In this document: positions 1 through 13,554 of the stretch, one piece after another
How the letters are laid out: each line of letters opens with the position of its first letter
Position numbering within the stretch: position 1 is the first letter of the stretch
NCBI RefSeq assembly: GCF_009914755.1
Contig: NC_060932.1
From: the human T2T-CHM13v2.0 reference genome, Homo sapiens
Length of the DNA stretch: 64,000 bases
Direction: 5' to 3' (one strand)
Notes under the pieces: model-generated
What the model was told of the DNA's origin: nothing
The model's database searches: none
The model's input: only the letters and a program-made list of their open reading frames with translations
Translations under genes and position numbers: made by a program

Positions 1-914
1 TACTGGGCTAAAACACCTCTTCCACCTTGCTGGCCATGAAAGATCCTCTAGAGTCCCCTTCATTTTATTATTGAACCAAAATTGTTCTGATGGGAAAGAT
101 GTTCCATCAGCACAAGGAGCATTTGTGGCTACAGAGCATCTTGCCTGTACTCTTGGCTGGTATTGTGGGAAAACTTCACACAACAGTCAGGCATAGCAGG
201 ACACAGTTCCACATTGGGGAGCAAGGTCAGAAAATGTCACTTTCTGAAGGTGAATACAAGAAGAGAGCACACTATGGATGAGCATGTCATTTGTTCATCC
301 ACCGAACTGTCATCTGTGCATCCATGTCATCTGCTCATCCACTAGACTCCTTCTGAGTGGAGTCTAATTTGTATGTTGCCCAAGAAGCATTGTATTTTCC
401 AGTTGTCATAGAGAAGATGCAGGCTGTCTCCCAAATTCAATCAAAGGCCCTGGACATTCTCCCTAAGTCCTGTTAAAGTCATTAGAGTATTTTGTAGTAC
501 TTTGTTTTTTCAGGAAAAGAATGCTGTTTTCTATTCAATACATGTTGATTACATACTTAAAAGGTTATTGCCTTATCATTAAGGGGTGGTGATGATATAT
601 CTCAATTCTAGAAAAACACCAGGGGGCTAATTTATCACAGTGTCAGCACTGAGCAAATAACATTCCCTCCTATCCTCTCTGAGAATTGTTCCTGGAAATG
701 GAATTGGAGTTGGGTAGCACATGTTACCACTGCTTGGTGGTACATCCTATTAGCATTGTGTGACACTGAACTCACCAAGCTGCCCTTTAAATATAATTTT
801 ATAATTTAGATTCCCACATAACATTTTCTCCAGAGGAAAGAATGATCTGGTCATGCCCAAGAGCCACTCTGAGCCTTTGGGAGTTATATTTATCACTGTA
901 AATTAATAAATTGG

Positions 915-1225
<311 letters not shown>

Positions 1226-2984
1226 TTAAATCAGTTTTGTGGGTATTTGGCCAATGTCAGTCTATAGAAGCTGATCACTCTGGGTCAGTTGAAAAAACAA
1301 GCAAGATTAGAGTGTTGCATTTGCAGAGCTGAGCCTAGCTACAGTGGACCTTTCAGGATGCAGCCAAGTAGGGTTAGTCTGGGACAGTCAGTACCTCTGT
1401 TTGACTTTGCCCACCTGCAGCAAGGGACTAGAAGATCATGGAGATTAATCCTCCCTTTCCTCCACTCTCCATCTACAGAGCCAGATATTACCACATTCCC
1501 ATTAGTCTAGGCAATATTCTGATTTTTCATCAATTGACAGAGAGTGGGAAGAAAGCAATAAGATTGACTAAGAAATTAGTGAGTGTAACAACTGAGATCC
1601 TGTGAGGTCTCCTAATCTTAGCTCCAATTATGACATCACTGGTGCAGCATCATTGAAGACACTTGACTTGGGCTATAGTTTGTTGGCCCTAATCCAATTC
1701 TATCAAAAACTGAAGATGAATGTTTATTTCTTACATCTCAAATTCTTGTCACATATCCAGAAAAGTACATTATCCAAAAGTCATCACTCTGATGGTTTAA
1801 AATGTGTTTTACTCAATGGGGTGATACAAGACTGGCTGGTGAGGGACAGGTCTTAGAGCTGCAGAAAAGTGAAATAGAATAAACATAGGCTAATATTTAA
1901 ATGCATCCTCATCTCTGTGCCATTTGTTCTTCAACATTTGAATCTTCATGTGGTTATAAACACTCTTATCCTAGAAGAAATAAACTAATTGCCAAATAAA
2001 CTAAAAATGAAGTTTTAATTAGACACATCCTGTTTGTTCTCATAAAATCCAAAGGAAACGTCAACTGTATTTTGCCTTTCCTGTTTGACTTAACTCATTG
2101 AGAAATATGGTTAATGAAAATTCAAATACCTTTTGAAAACCAGTTTTAAATGATTAATACTTTTCTGTGCCTTAAAAGGCAGGAATAAAGCCAACCAAAA
2201 CAAAACCTTGGAGTGTCAACCTTTGTTGACAGAAGCTGCCCTCTGCTTTACCTGTGGAAAATAGCAGCACACTGTCACAGAATGTGCCCTCAGGCGCCAA
2301 ACCTGCAGTCTCAGAAACCACTAACAAGGTGATTTCTTTTTACTGACACTCCCTTCCCCTTTGCCAGAAGTGTAAAGAAGATGAGCTACCTCATAAACTC
2401 CCGAAGTTATGAGCTACCTTTGCTCCTCCTGAAGTCACAAGTTCTTTGTTTATCTTTTCTTTTTGAACCCTGGGAAAAGTATATCAAAGTGATTCGTCCT
2501 GCCAAAAGTTTGTGCACTTAGGAACTGGCGCTGTGACAAATGCCTGCAGAGAAGAGAAAAGATTTCTGTGTTTCTTAGTGCTATTCTCTCCCTTGAGATG
2601 TTTCCAGAAACTTGAAAGGAGGGTTGTGCCTAGAAACTGATTAAACTTGCTCACATTAAAACTGAAAGTCAGTGTGAAGGACCGGCTCTCTCTGCTTCCA
2701 CTCCCCGCCCAGTAACCCAGGTAACTGGGATCACTTATCATAGAAGTTAGAGCTGGAAAAGACCAGTCCAGCACCTCCCCTACCCTGTACCCTTTTACCT
2801 GGAGAGGGGAGGATCGTTCCTGTGGTCTCCATTGTTTAGTCTGGTTGCATTTTAAAACTTGCTTTGGGAAGAGAGAGTCCCAAATTTTCTTTGGGAGTTT
2901 TCTCCATAGATGAAATCTTAAGAAACTTGTTCTGCTAGTAAGTTGAAGATTTCTTTTGGTTAGGCTCATCCCATTTTTTTTGAG

Positions 2985-3110
2985 ACAGTTCTTGCCTCCT
3001 CTGTGCTTTGTGGTCTTAGGAAATTATTCAGTTCTCCAGTTTCTCCACATCTGAAGAGGGAAATTGTATCATCATTAAAATACTGTTTGGAAAACACTAG
3101 ATTGCTGGGA
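2985..3110 (+). mobile_element. MIR fragment
   Basis: Degenerate MIR core (ggtcttaggaaattattcag...cagtttctccacatctgaagagggaa). Confidence 0.5.
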
Positions 3111-3754
3111 CCATAGAGAGTGTTTAAATCATTCGCTCCATGACTAGTTACACGTGGCCTCAACATTTCTTCAGATACCTCCAGTTTTTCCAAATCTAAA
3201 GACAGTATTTGTGGATGTTGAAGTTGGCCTGTTCTTTTGTGGAGATGCTGGGCCCAGAACCTAGGGAATAATCTGGGCCCTGTGGCCTATTCTAGACCCT
3301 GAGCTGAATGGAACTATCTGACAGAAGTCCTTGACCAAGTTGACAGAGCCAGTAACATTTTTAGGGAGCGTTACCTCCACATCCAAGGCTACTCTACTTC
3401 CAGGCTCCTCCAGGTGCGGGTGTCCTCATCCCTTTACAGTGCTTATCTTCACTCACCCACCCTGAAATTGTCCCCTTGGAAAGCATTCGCTGAACCAACA
3501 AAACTGCTGAGCTATTGGCTGGGTACCCCTCCTTGTGGCTACCTCAGGGCATTTACATATAACAGTGAATACTGCCTTTAAACTGCTTTTCTAACTCCAG
3601 AATTCCAGATGCCTGGACAGAAATGGCAATTAGGGGACATTTCTTTTTTTATTTGTGGAGACATTGAGGAGAGGAGGGCCTCTCACAACCCTTCAAATGG
3701 CATGCCCTAGAAAAAAAACAACAGACAATATCTGAGAGCCAATTGATAAATTTA

Positions 3755-3935
3755 TTTAATTTAATCTTTATTTCTACCCCAGTTAGGGAAGTACCCTTGT
3801 TGTTCCTATTTTATGAATAAACAAACTAAATCTTGGGGAGTTTAAGCAACTTGGTCAAGACCACATGGTTAGTAAGAGACAAAATTTTGTTTGCACTTAC
3901 GTAGTCTGACTCCAATTTATGATTCTAAATCACCA
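3755..3935 (-). mobile_element. MIR fragment
   Basis: Antisense MIR core: cctattttatgaataaacaaact...ttaagcaacttggtcaagaccacatggttagtaag...gtctgactcca. Confidence 0.75.
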
Positions 3936-3974
3936 CGTAGTTCTAGTAGTGGTAATAGTAGTGTTACTAATCAC

Positions 3975-4245
3975 CCAGCAAACATCTATTGAGGGCGTAT
4001 GTACCAGGCACTGTAATAAGCCTTTCATATGTGTTATCCTGTTTAATCTTCAGAATCATCCCATGAGGTAGGTAGTTTTAATATGTCCTTTTTATATATA
4101 CAAGTAAAATGAGGCACAAAGAAGCAAAGGTTAAATTCATTCATGGTTATCTTATTCAAGGTGATGGTCAAGGTTACATACTAGTAAGTTGCAGAGCTGT
4201 GGATTCAAACCCAAGCAGACTGACTCTAGTGTCTGTGCTCTTCCT
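3975..4245 (-). mobile_element. MIR, near full length
   Basis: catctattgag...ccaggcactgt...tttaatcttcag...gaggtaggta...aaggttacatactagtaagttgcagagctgtggattcaaacccaagcagactgactct. Confidence 0.85.
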
Positions 4246-5029
4246 ACATCCCTGCCTTTCTTGAGGGCTCTCCATCTTTATTCCCATAGAGACAGAAGTG
4301 GCCCTGCCATCATAGTGGCTATCATGACATATGGGCCTTCGGACATTACTTTAGACACTGGTCCTCTCATAACTTACTCCAGAACCCATAGGAGGCAGCA
4401 AGATGACAGAGCAGTGTTCCAGCCTTACCCATCAATTCCCAGTACCATCTGGCCCATCATCTCTGTGCTCTCTTATTAATAATTACACATATTCCAGGTG
4501 GAACCAAATATATCTCCCTTTAGTTTCTTGTCTCCTGTTACATATGCAAAACAATGATCTCAAAGTTCACCAAATGGTTTCTTTCAAAAAGCCTTCTGAA
4601 TTGACACTACTGTAGACAATGCTAAAGAGAAAGGGTGTTTTCATTAGACAGACAGAGAGAGAAAGAGAGAGAGAGAAATGGCAGAGCAGGAGATTCTAGC
4701 CTGAAAATCAGCTGAGATATAGAGGCTAAGTGTCTGTATCCCAAGGGAGTGAGAAGCCACCCAGGAGAGCCATTGGTCTGAGGGAAGAAGGAATCAGGAA
4801 AGACCTCTCTCAGTAATACAGCTTGGCCAGTAGTTGGGAAGGTGGGATGACAATTCTGAGTACATCCTAGTATATTTAGGGTGCTATGCATAAAAATGTA
4901 AAGAACTCTTATAGTCATCGCTCTGTGACACTGCAGCATGTTATGATTACTGCTTGATTACTCTTAGAGACAAAAGAAGCATTATCCATTTCCCAGGCAT
5001 TTAGCATTCTTGAATTATTTGTGTTCCTT

Positions 5030-5660
5030 TGGCCAATGTAGTTGGTTCAGGGATGACCACAGAATCCAACCGGAACCAGTCCTTGGTCTTTGGCAAAAGC
5101 AACTGGTAGGAAGAAGAGCTTATTTTCTCAGGCATTTACATCTGCGATGATAGAGCCTCTGGCTGTTGGTGGCCATTTTGCCGTCACAGGATGCCTGCAA
5201 ATGTAGCCATCGTGAAGAACAACAGATCTAAGGGAAAGAGTTTCATAGTCTATTCAGGATGCTATAAGAAAATACCATTGACTGGGTGGCTTTATTTTAA
5301 TGATTTTAATTTATTTCTCACTGTTCCAGAGACTGGGAAGTCCAAGACCAAGGTGTCAAGAGATTGAGTGTCTGGTTGGAGCTCACTTCCTGCATGGCTT
5401 TTTGTTGTAACCTCACATGATGGAAGGGACAAGAGATCTCTCTGGAGTCTCTTTTATAGGGCTCCACCCTCATGACATAATCACCTCCCAAAGGCCCCAC
5501 CTCCTAATACCTTGCGGGTTGAGATTTCCACATACAAATCTGGCGGGAGCAGGGAGACACAAACATTCAGTCCCTAGCACAGAGAGAGACATCATTTGAG
5601 CCTCTGGGTTAATATATTTTCCTGCTTAAGCCAGTTGGGTTTTGGTTTTCCAAGCTTTCC
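5030..5660 (+). mobile_element. Old MaLR LTR (MLT1J/K-like), split by a younger MLT1 LTR
   Basis: gccattttgcc...gatgcctgc...aagaacaacagatct before 5241; gacatcatttgagcctctgg...cttaagccagttgggttttggttttc after 5584; boundaries approximate. Confidence 0.6.
5241..5579 (-). mobile_element. MaLR solo LTR (MLT1A-like)
   Basis: tagtctattcaggatgctataag...gggaagtccaagaccaaggtg...aatcacctcccaaaggccccacctcctaatacc...cacaaacattcagtccctagca; 5-bp TSD AAGAG/CAGAG. Confidence 0.9.
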
Positions 5661-7089
5661 CACACAAAATTTCCACAGTGGAGTTGATAGTGACAAATTG
5701 GGTCTTTTTTCAGTCAGATTTGTCAGGGAAAACCTCTCAGAGCATCTGGAAGGCTATGGAGCAAGGTGTTAATAGTGCACCATTTCTCGGGGGCAGGATT
5801 AGGAATGATTTTTTTCTAATACCTTTTTTAAGAAACACTTATTTCTTTGTTAATAGGAAAATATTACATATACAGTTTCAACATTTTCTAAAATTGAGAG
5901 GCAGTCCATTGATTACACTGCTTCTTTGTCTCCGGCCCCTCTGTATTCGAGCTATAAGCCGTACATTTACTCCCTAAACTCCCAGGGATAATTTGTGAGA
6001 GCTTGCAGATGTATTCTTGCACTTACACACACCTCATTTGTCTTCCTGCTATAAGGTAAGTTTAGTCTTCTTTCCTGTAACTTGGTTTAGCATCTTTGCT
6101 AATCTAATGTGTTTCCAAATTCTCTAATCTTGATAGGTCAATTCCAGAGTTATTTGTCAAATAAAATAATAAATTTATTGTGATAACTGCAAACTGGAAG
6201 ATGATGATGACTAATAGTTTCCAGAGGCAAGATGGTGTTCCCCAAAGAGTCTGGGGTGAGGAGAGTACAAGTGTGTGAACAGATTTGTTTCCCTGGCATA
6301 TTCACCTCCTGCTCAAACACACACTTGTACCATTCACACGAGAAGTAAAATGGGAAGCTTTATTTGAAAAATCCCTCAGGTAGGGGAGAGCCTCCACTTA
6401 AACCCAGGGTCATATTTGTCATCTATCTGGCTGTTGTACTTCTGGGTAGGAGCAAGAATTCTGCATGTGGGTTGAGAAGTGTGGGGCCCTTAAAATGACT
6501 GAATTTACTAGCTTCTCTGAATTGGCTTCCTGTATTTCATCTTGGGGAAAAAAATTCAGAGCAAGTGACAAAAAAAAAAAGAGAAAGAAAAGAAAAAAAC
6601 TATTTCTGGCTTTATGAATACCCCCAAAGGGGAAGGTTTTTAACCTTTTGAAAAATATTTCAAACCAAAACCTAAAGAGAATGTGTGTGTGCTCCTGTGT
6701 GCTTTCCACAAAAAAAAATCTGCTTTTAATGTTAGTTGCATGTGAACTAAATTCTCCTGAAGGTGCATTTTTGCATTAACCATGGATCACAAGATGAATA
6801 ATGCTAGCTATTGAAATCAAACTGGCCCATCTGACTCAAAACAAAGTTGTTTTCAATTCTAAAAAATAGACATAGTTAGGGTTGGTTCAGATTTACTGAT
6901 CAATGTATACTCACCTAACAGCAGTTATGGGAAGAACGGGGTATGTATTTCTCTAAACAGATATATGTGTATCTTTTACCTTGTGTCTTCTTTTATGGGT
7001 CATTCATACACAATTTAGTAGTTACACTCTATTAACTAAAACACTAATAATATTTTGCTTCCAAGATTTTTGGTAACTTTATAACATAT

Positions 7090-7350
7090 TCTATTATTTT
7101 CCTTATACATTTTTAGACATATCTTTAGACATAAAATCTTTAGAGATAAAAGTATAGAGATGAGTGTCATGAACTACCATATACCCATCATTGAGATTTA
7201 ATGTGTATTTGCTTAATTTTTTGAAGTACTTGAAAATCACAGATCTATAACATTTCACTCTTGAATATTAGCTTCCACATGCATCTCTAAAATAATTCTT
7301 CTTCTATAATAATACTACTACTGTCATCACACCTATAAAAATTAATAATA
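7090..7350 (-). mobile_element. Old L1 (L1MC/ME-like) 3' fragment
   Basis: catatacccatca...catttcactcttgaata...catgcatctctaaaaat...atcacacctataaaaattaataat. Confidence 0.55.
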
Positions 7351-7944
7351 CCAGTAAATATGTTATAAAGTTTTTTTAACTTTAAGTAATAGTGAAAATA
7401 TTTTATATATTGAGTTTTTATGTTTATGCCCAGAATGATCTAGAAATTTATATCATTGTCAACAGACAATAGTTTTGCTTTTTATATCTGGTAAAATATT
7501 GATACCACGTATGGAATGAAACATTTCTTGTGTTCAATTTTAGAGGTTTCAATGAAAAGCTCATTGAATGAATCTGCATTAGTTTTTTCTCCCACATTCT
7601 TTAACATAGTGTTTTCTTGTTCAAAATACATGTGCTTTTGGCACCGTGAATAATCATTTATTCCTTTATGGTTTTTTTAAGGACTTGATGGCTTAGTGTG
7701 AGAACAGCTGAATCTCCTCTCAAGCCATATTCCTGGTGCATATGCGAACAGATGACATATTAAGCTGTTTCCATTCTATAGGGTTCAAGTCACTAATGTG
7801 TTAGATAGCCAAGGGAAAGAATTGCAATATTAGACTTTCATAGAAGGTCTCTCTAAGGACTTTTTAGAAGCCTTGTGTTTTGCAGTGTCTATAGATGTGT
7901 TATAAAGACAGCTATTAAATGACCAACACTGAAGGTCATCTTGG

Positions 7945-8150
7945 ACGCTGGGAAAGAGCTCTAGAGTATGAATAAAACTTGCCTCTCAGTAGCTATATGA
8001 CCTTGGGCCAGCCAACTGAGGCTTCTCTAAACCTCAGTTGTTCAATTTGTTAAGTGGAACAAATCACAAAGTTATTAAATAACTTTTAAATAAGACATAA
8101 AAAATTGAATAAGATATAAGAAGAAAGCATTTTGAGAAGTTATAAATACT
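7945..8150 (+). mobile_element. MIR fragment
   Basis: ggaaagagctctag...agctatatgaccttgggc...ttctctaaacctcagttgttcaatttgttaagtgg. Confidence 0.7.
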
Positions 8151-8175
8151 CTTTATTGACAAAACATAGGGGGTG

Positions 8176-8565
8176 TGATGTGGACTGAATTGTGTTCCCC
8201 AAAATTTCATATATTGGAGTCCTAACCCCCAATGTGACTGCATTTGGAGATAGGAATTTTAGCAGGTAGTTAAGGTTAAGTGAGGTAAGAGTGGGGTTCT
8301 AATCTGACAGGATTGGTGGCCTTATAAGAAGAAGAGGAAATTATTCCCTCTCTTTCTCTGATTATGCACAGATGAAAGGCCACGTGAGGACACAACAAGA
8401 TATCAGTCACCTGCAAACCCCAAAGAGAGCCCCTACCAGATCTGGACCGTGCTTACATCCTGATCTCAGACCTCCAGCTTCCTGAACTGTGAGAAAATTA
8501 ACATGTGTTGTTTAAGCCACCCAGGCTATGGTATTTTGTTACGGCAGCCCAAACTGATCAATACA
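8176..8565 (+). mobile_element. MaLR solo LTR (MLT1A/B-like), complete
   Basis: TG...CA termini, gtttaagccacccaggctatggtattttgttacggcagccc 3' motif; perfect 5-bp TSD GGGTG at 8171-8175 and 8566-8570. Confidence 0.95.
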
Positions 8566-8654
8566 GGGTGTGAGGTGGCTTCCTCTCTATTTAAACTAAA
8601 AGAGAATAAAGACAATAGTTTACTTTGTAGTATGTGGAAAGTAAGTTACACATA

Positions 8655-8850
8655 ATGCAGCATGTAGAGAAAGAATGTTGGTCTAGAATGATGGTATTGA
8701 GCTTCTAATCTTGCTTCAGTCATCTGTCTGTGTGATCTCGTCTTGGGCAAGCTGTAAAAGATGGAAGCCTGTGGGGCATCTTAGTTTCCCAATTTCCAAA
8801 ATAAAGAGATTTCAGCAAAATGTTTTTTCAAGGTCTTACTCCTTCTCCTT
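8655..8850 (+). mobile_element. MIR/MIR3 fragment
   Basis: gcagcatgtagagaaagaatgttggtctagaa...cttgggcaag...cttagtttcccaatttccaaaataaag...ttcaaggtcttactcc. Confidence 0.6.
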
Positions 8851-9276
8851 GAAGGTTCATTTGATTTCCATAATCATTTTTTCTCTCCCTTGATTAAACA
8901 ATGAAAAATGAAACACTTGAGGACTATCTAGGGTTGTGGAGGTGTGTACCTTTTAAATTATGCTGAACCTCATCTGTCTGGGATAATACATGCAATTTAC
9001 CTGGGCAGTAGACCTGCTAATTTCTCTCTGGTGTTTCCTCAAGCCATCAGGTTTTCTGGTACTTGATCTTTATTTTTAATAGCTTATAGATAGAGATAAT
9101 ACATTTTTTGAATTCAATAGACAGTTCTAGTGATATTATTAATCCAAATAAAAGTATGCTAAACCTTACTTTACACTTTAAGAAAACCTTTTGCTTATTT
9201 CGAACTTGGCCTTGTCACAGTGATTTTGGATGCACACATATGCATGCACACACCAGCCTCTCTCCCCAACACACAC

Positions 9277-9688
9277 TATAGTGGGTTCAGTGACCCCTCC
9301 AGAGATATTTTCACTGGGAAGTTGTGAAGGTGACCTTATTGGGAATATGGCCTTTGCAGATGTAATTAATTAAGAATCTTGAGATGAGATTATCCTAGAT
9401 TATCCAGGTGAGCCCTAAATCCAATGACATGTCTTATAAGAGACAGAAGAGAAGACACTGAAGGGCAGAGGGCTATGTGAAGACGGAGGCAATGATTGAA
9501 GTGATACAGCCACAAGAAGCTGGAAGAGGCCAACAAACAGTTCTCCTCTGGAGCCTTTAGAGGAAGCGCATCCCTGCTAACATCTTGATTTCAGATATCA
9601 GGCCTCTAGAACAGTGAGAAAATAAATTTCCATTGTAAGCCACACAGTTTGTGGTAGTTTGTTGTGATCACTCTAGGAAACTAATATA
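9277..9688 (+). mobile_element. MaLR solo LTR (MLT1C-like)
   Basis: ctttgcagatgtaattaattaag...gagatgagattatcctagattatccaggtgagccctaaatccaatgac...gtaagccacacagtttgtggtagtttgtt...ctaggaaactaata; possible TSD CACAC/CATAC. Confidence 0.9.
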
Positions 9689-9974
9689 CATACTCTTTTT
9701 TTTTTCTATACTTTCTTATATACCATTTCCCATCAGATGCATTAACTAGATTTAAACGATTTTGCAGCTTACAGAAAGGCAAGCATGGTTCTATAAGTAA
9801 ACACCTAAGCTATGAATGTTTCTGACATTGAAGGGTGATAGTTACCAGCATGCCAATATGCTTTTGCTTGTTTGGTTAGTGAGAGGAGTCTGCTGGGTAG
9901 ACAGGATTTTACCCTGTTTTGAAAGATGCGAGGACAGTGGTAATGTTGAGTGGGAGAAGGACTTTTAGTGTAAA

Positions 9975-10430
<456 letters not shown>

Positions 10431-10683
10431 GTTTAAGAGAGGACAAAAAGTATAAGCTCTGTGATAAGGATGAAAAAGTGCCTATGAAAAATATTCAACA
10501 GTATGTCAAAACCAACAGAGGATTTTCTAAAGAGAATCATTTTCTTAACAATAATAAATTATTCTAACTTAACCCTAAATAAAAGTGGACGTGTATGAGA
10601 AAAGATCTGTCATATTCATGACCATTGCCCTGAAAAATCTTAATATCAAAGAAGATCATCCTGTGATGGAAGAGACATCTTCT

Positions 10684-10827
10684 TATATGTGTACACATCT
10701 GTGTATGCATATATACACACACATATGCATACATGCATGTATATTATGTACACATATGTGTATGTACACATGTATGCACATATGCATATGTGTATGGCAT
10801 GATATATGCATGTGTATATGTGTATGT
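10684..10827. repeat. Degenerate alternating purine-pyrimidine (TATG/CATA/CA) repeat
   Basis: tatatgtgtacacatctgtgtatgcatatatacacacacatatgcatacatgcatg... Confidence 0.9.
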
Positions 10828-13362
10828 TTAAATGCTTATTGATAAAGAGGGCTACAGGGTTTAATATAATTCATTGCCTTACTTGTAGTTCTGATGTTTT
10901 ATGGCATAATGAGAAATTTCTAAAGATGATGAAGTGGATTAAAGGCTTTGAGAAAGCTTTTTTTTTTTTTTATCAGAAAGGGCCACAAGTCACTTGCTAT
11001 AAGTGGACCTAACTGAAACAATGGTTTTGCTATTATTGCTCAAAAAGCCTGCATTTCTCTCACAAATCTAAGATTCACCCAGCTAATATGAAAACAGAAT
11101 TCTGTTCTTTCATTTGTTCTCTACAAAGTGCTTATTACCTATGTGGAAGCTTGTGATCTTCCCCACACAATTCTGTGAGTCACACAGCTGAGAGCCCCTT
11201 GATTTACTCACACACACTATTGCCTAATGTATTTTGTAAGTCATGTATAATTACAGTCAATCTATCTTTCGAAAGATACATTTCTGGTAAGTTTGGGATC
11301 CTTGTAGAAAAATGTTCACATGCAAGAAAAAAGTTTCCTTAGAGAATATTTCAATTCTTCTTTAACTAGAGAAATATTTATTTCCCTGTACCTTTAAAAT
11401 ATCCGCTTGAATGGATGCAGACAGTCTGAAAGTTGCTAAGGCCTGCTTCCTGGCTTGGGAATTGGACTGAACTGGCTGACCCAGCAGCTCACGCACACGG
11501 CATTGGAACGGCACCGCTTCCCAAAGTCAGCAGGAATCATGAGATAAGCTCTGGAAACAAATCCAGAATTTTTGTGGAGAAAATCCTGTGGTCCCATGAA
11601 GCAAGTGAACTTGTAGGGAGGATCTTTTTGAAATTAAAGTTCATGGATCATAAATGTTTCGAAGATGGTCTGCAGTTGTGAAAAGTACTCTTTAGGTTTT
11701 AATTTGACAAACAAAAATTATCATGGAGATAAAGAATGATATTGGGCCAACAGGCAGCCAAATAATTTTTTACACGGGGTTATTTCCCTTTTGAGAGAAA
11801 AATATTTTTGGCAGTTAGATACTATTTCTTTTCTGCTAATAGCACATGCTAATTTTTTTGGAGTTATTAGCAGACTACTTGTGGTGGGGCAATGCAGTCA
11901 TATAGGCTGTGGCCCAGTTTGGAACCATCTCACAGATGAGTAGTTTGAGAAATAACTCTGTTGCCTGAAATAATTTGTAAGAGGCCCTATTCTGGCTACA
12001 GAAAGCACTAAAAAGCTTTGGAACAAAAGGCACCTGCTCTTGGCCAACTGCCTGAGGCAACATGGTGCAGCCCCTTTGGGGCTAGCTTGACTGCCGCTGT
12101 GTGGATGTTGATCTCATGGGCTAGGTTTTTCCACAGCTAAATGGTACAAAAACTTGTTCCTTACCACCCCTACTTTTGCTTGTACAAGTGCTGGGTTTTG
12201 CCCACATAAGCAACTCCAAACCCAAAAATGTAAGTCTCATTTGTGGTTACTAGAATGGGACCTGATGGAAAATTTGACCGTAAGTACGTAAAAGTCATAT
12301 AAAAAAAGAATCCTCTGGTACAGAAATCAGAAAATAATTCAACAAAATATGTTGTGTAACCAACACTTGCTTCCCTAACTTCCATGGCAGTCAGCCGTGG
12401 TAAATTTTAAAAGGGTATGAGTGACAACCACCATCACCATTGCTACCACCTTCTGGTCTGAATACCCGCAGCAGTATGGCTGGAATCTCCATCCTTCCCT
12501 TCTGCCAGGGTCTTGAGGGAGTCCCTTACTCTCCTCCCCACCCTGGATGCTCTCCTCACATAGTGTGAGGCCAGTCTTGGCCTAGTCATCTCATATCAGT
12601 GTTTCTTGTCTCACTTCAGCTACAGAGGCTACTTTTGCTAATGTTGGGGCAGGGACCCTTCTCAACTCAGAGTTGTAAACTTTTAGGAGGCTTCTAAAGC
12701 AGGATGACCTTCTTTTTCCCCAGTTAGAGCACCATCAGAACCCTCAAAGCCCTCCTTCTACTCCAAAGTTATACAATAATAATAGTAGCAGTAAAAATTT
12801 AAAGAAATAATTAAATGGATCTTCCTTGACATGAACAATTGCTGTTTCTCAATCTTATAAACACGGTGCATAAAATAATCTTTAGAAAACTTTGCTATTT
12901 TTACCAACCTCAACAAGTCAAAAGCAAAAGCATCTGTTGATAATACAAACACCACACACTCTGACTCCCAACCTGGAGACTTTTCTGGAAATTCTGAAGC
13001 ATGTTTCTTTCAGGGATGCTGGTGTTTGGTTTGCTTTTTCAGCTTCTTGCAAGCTATTCTCTAAGGGAACTTGTAACAGATCTCCTGGGAGCTGGGTTAT
13101 TGGACAATAAGAGTGCCCTCTAACACCTCCATGCATAGTTAGTGGTAGGTCTGGAATTCAAACCCCGGGCTGTCAGACCACGTCTGTGCTACATTTGCTT
13201 CCAAAGTCTCCCTCCACCTAACCTGCATATGTCACTGCTCTCCATTTGGAGAAGAAAATGTAGCTGGTTTTCACTGTTGCTTGCCTTCCTTTCTTTCCTT
13301 TCCTCTGCATTTTGAAATAGAAATCTCATTCATAAGAGATGCTGTGGGGACTCTTAAGGGGC

Positions 13363-13554
13363 TGTAGGGTTAAGTTCCGTAAGCATGGCCTCTGGAGGCT
13401 GACTCCCTGCCTTCAAATCTTCACCTTCCACCATGACCTGGGCAGGTGACTTAATCCCTTTTGGAGAAGGATGGAATCTACTTTATCGCTGTTGTGGGAC
13501 TAAAATAGTTTGTTTATAGTTTATTCAATAAAACACTGAGCACAATCTATTCTT
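13363..13554 (+). mobile_element. MIR 5' part; its 3' end appears to resume at ~20880-20935 beyond the L1
   Basis: aagcatggcctctggaggctgactccctgccttcaaatct...tgacctgggcaggtgacttaatcc...gttgtgggactaaa...taaaacactgagcaca. Confidence 0.7.

Noticed and set aside
2381-2419. ATGAGCTACCT direct repeat with a small internal hairpin
   Set aside because: Too short to separate from a chance micro-duplication
2484-2969. Longest ORF (161 aa, minus strand) as a gene
   Set aside because: No recognisable domain, it starts at the edge of a MIR-like fragment, and this length is plausible by chance in 64 kb
10585-10842. Cys/His/Met-rich ORF resembling a metal-binding protein
   Set aside because: Translation of the TATG/CA repeat
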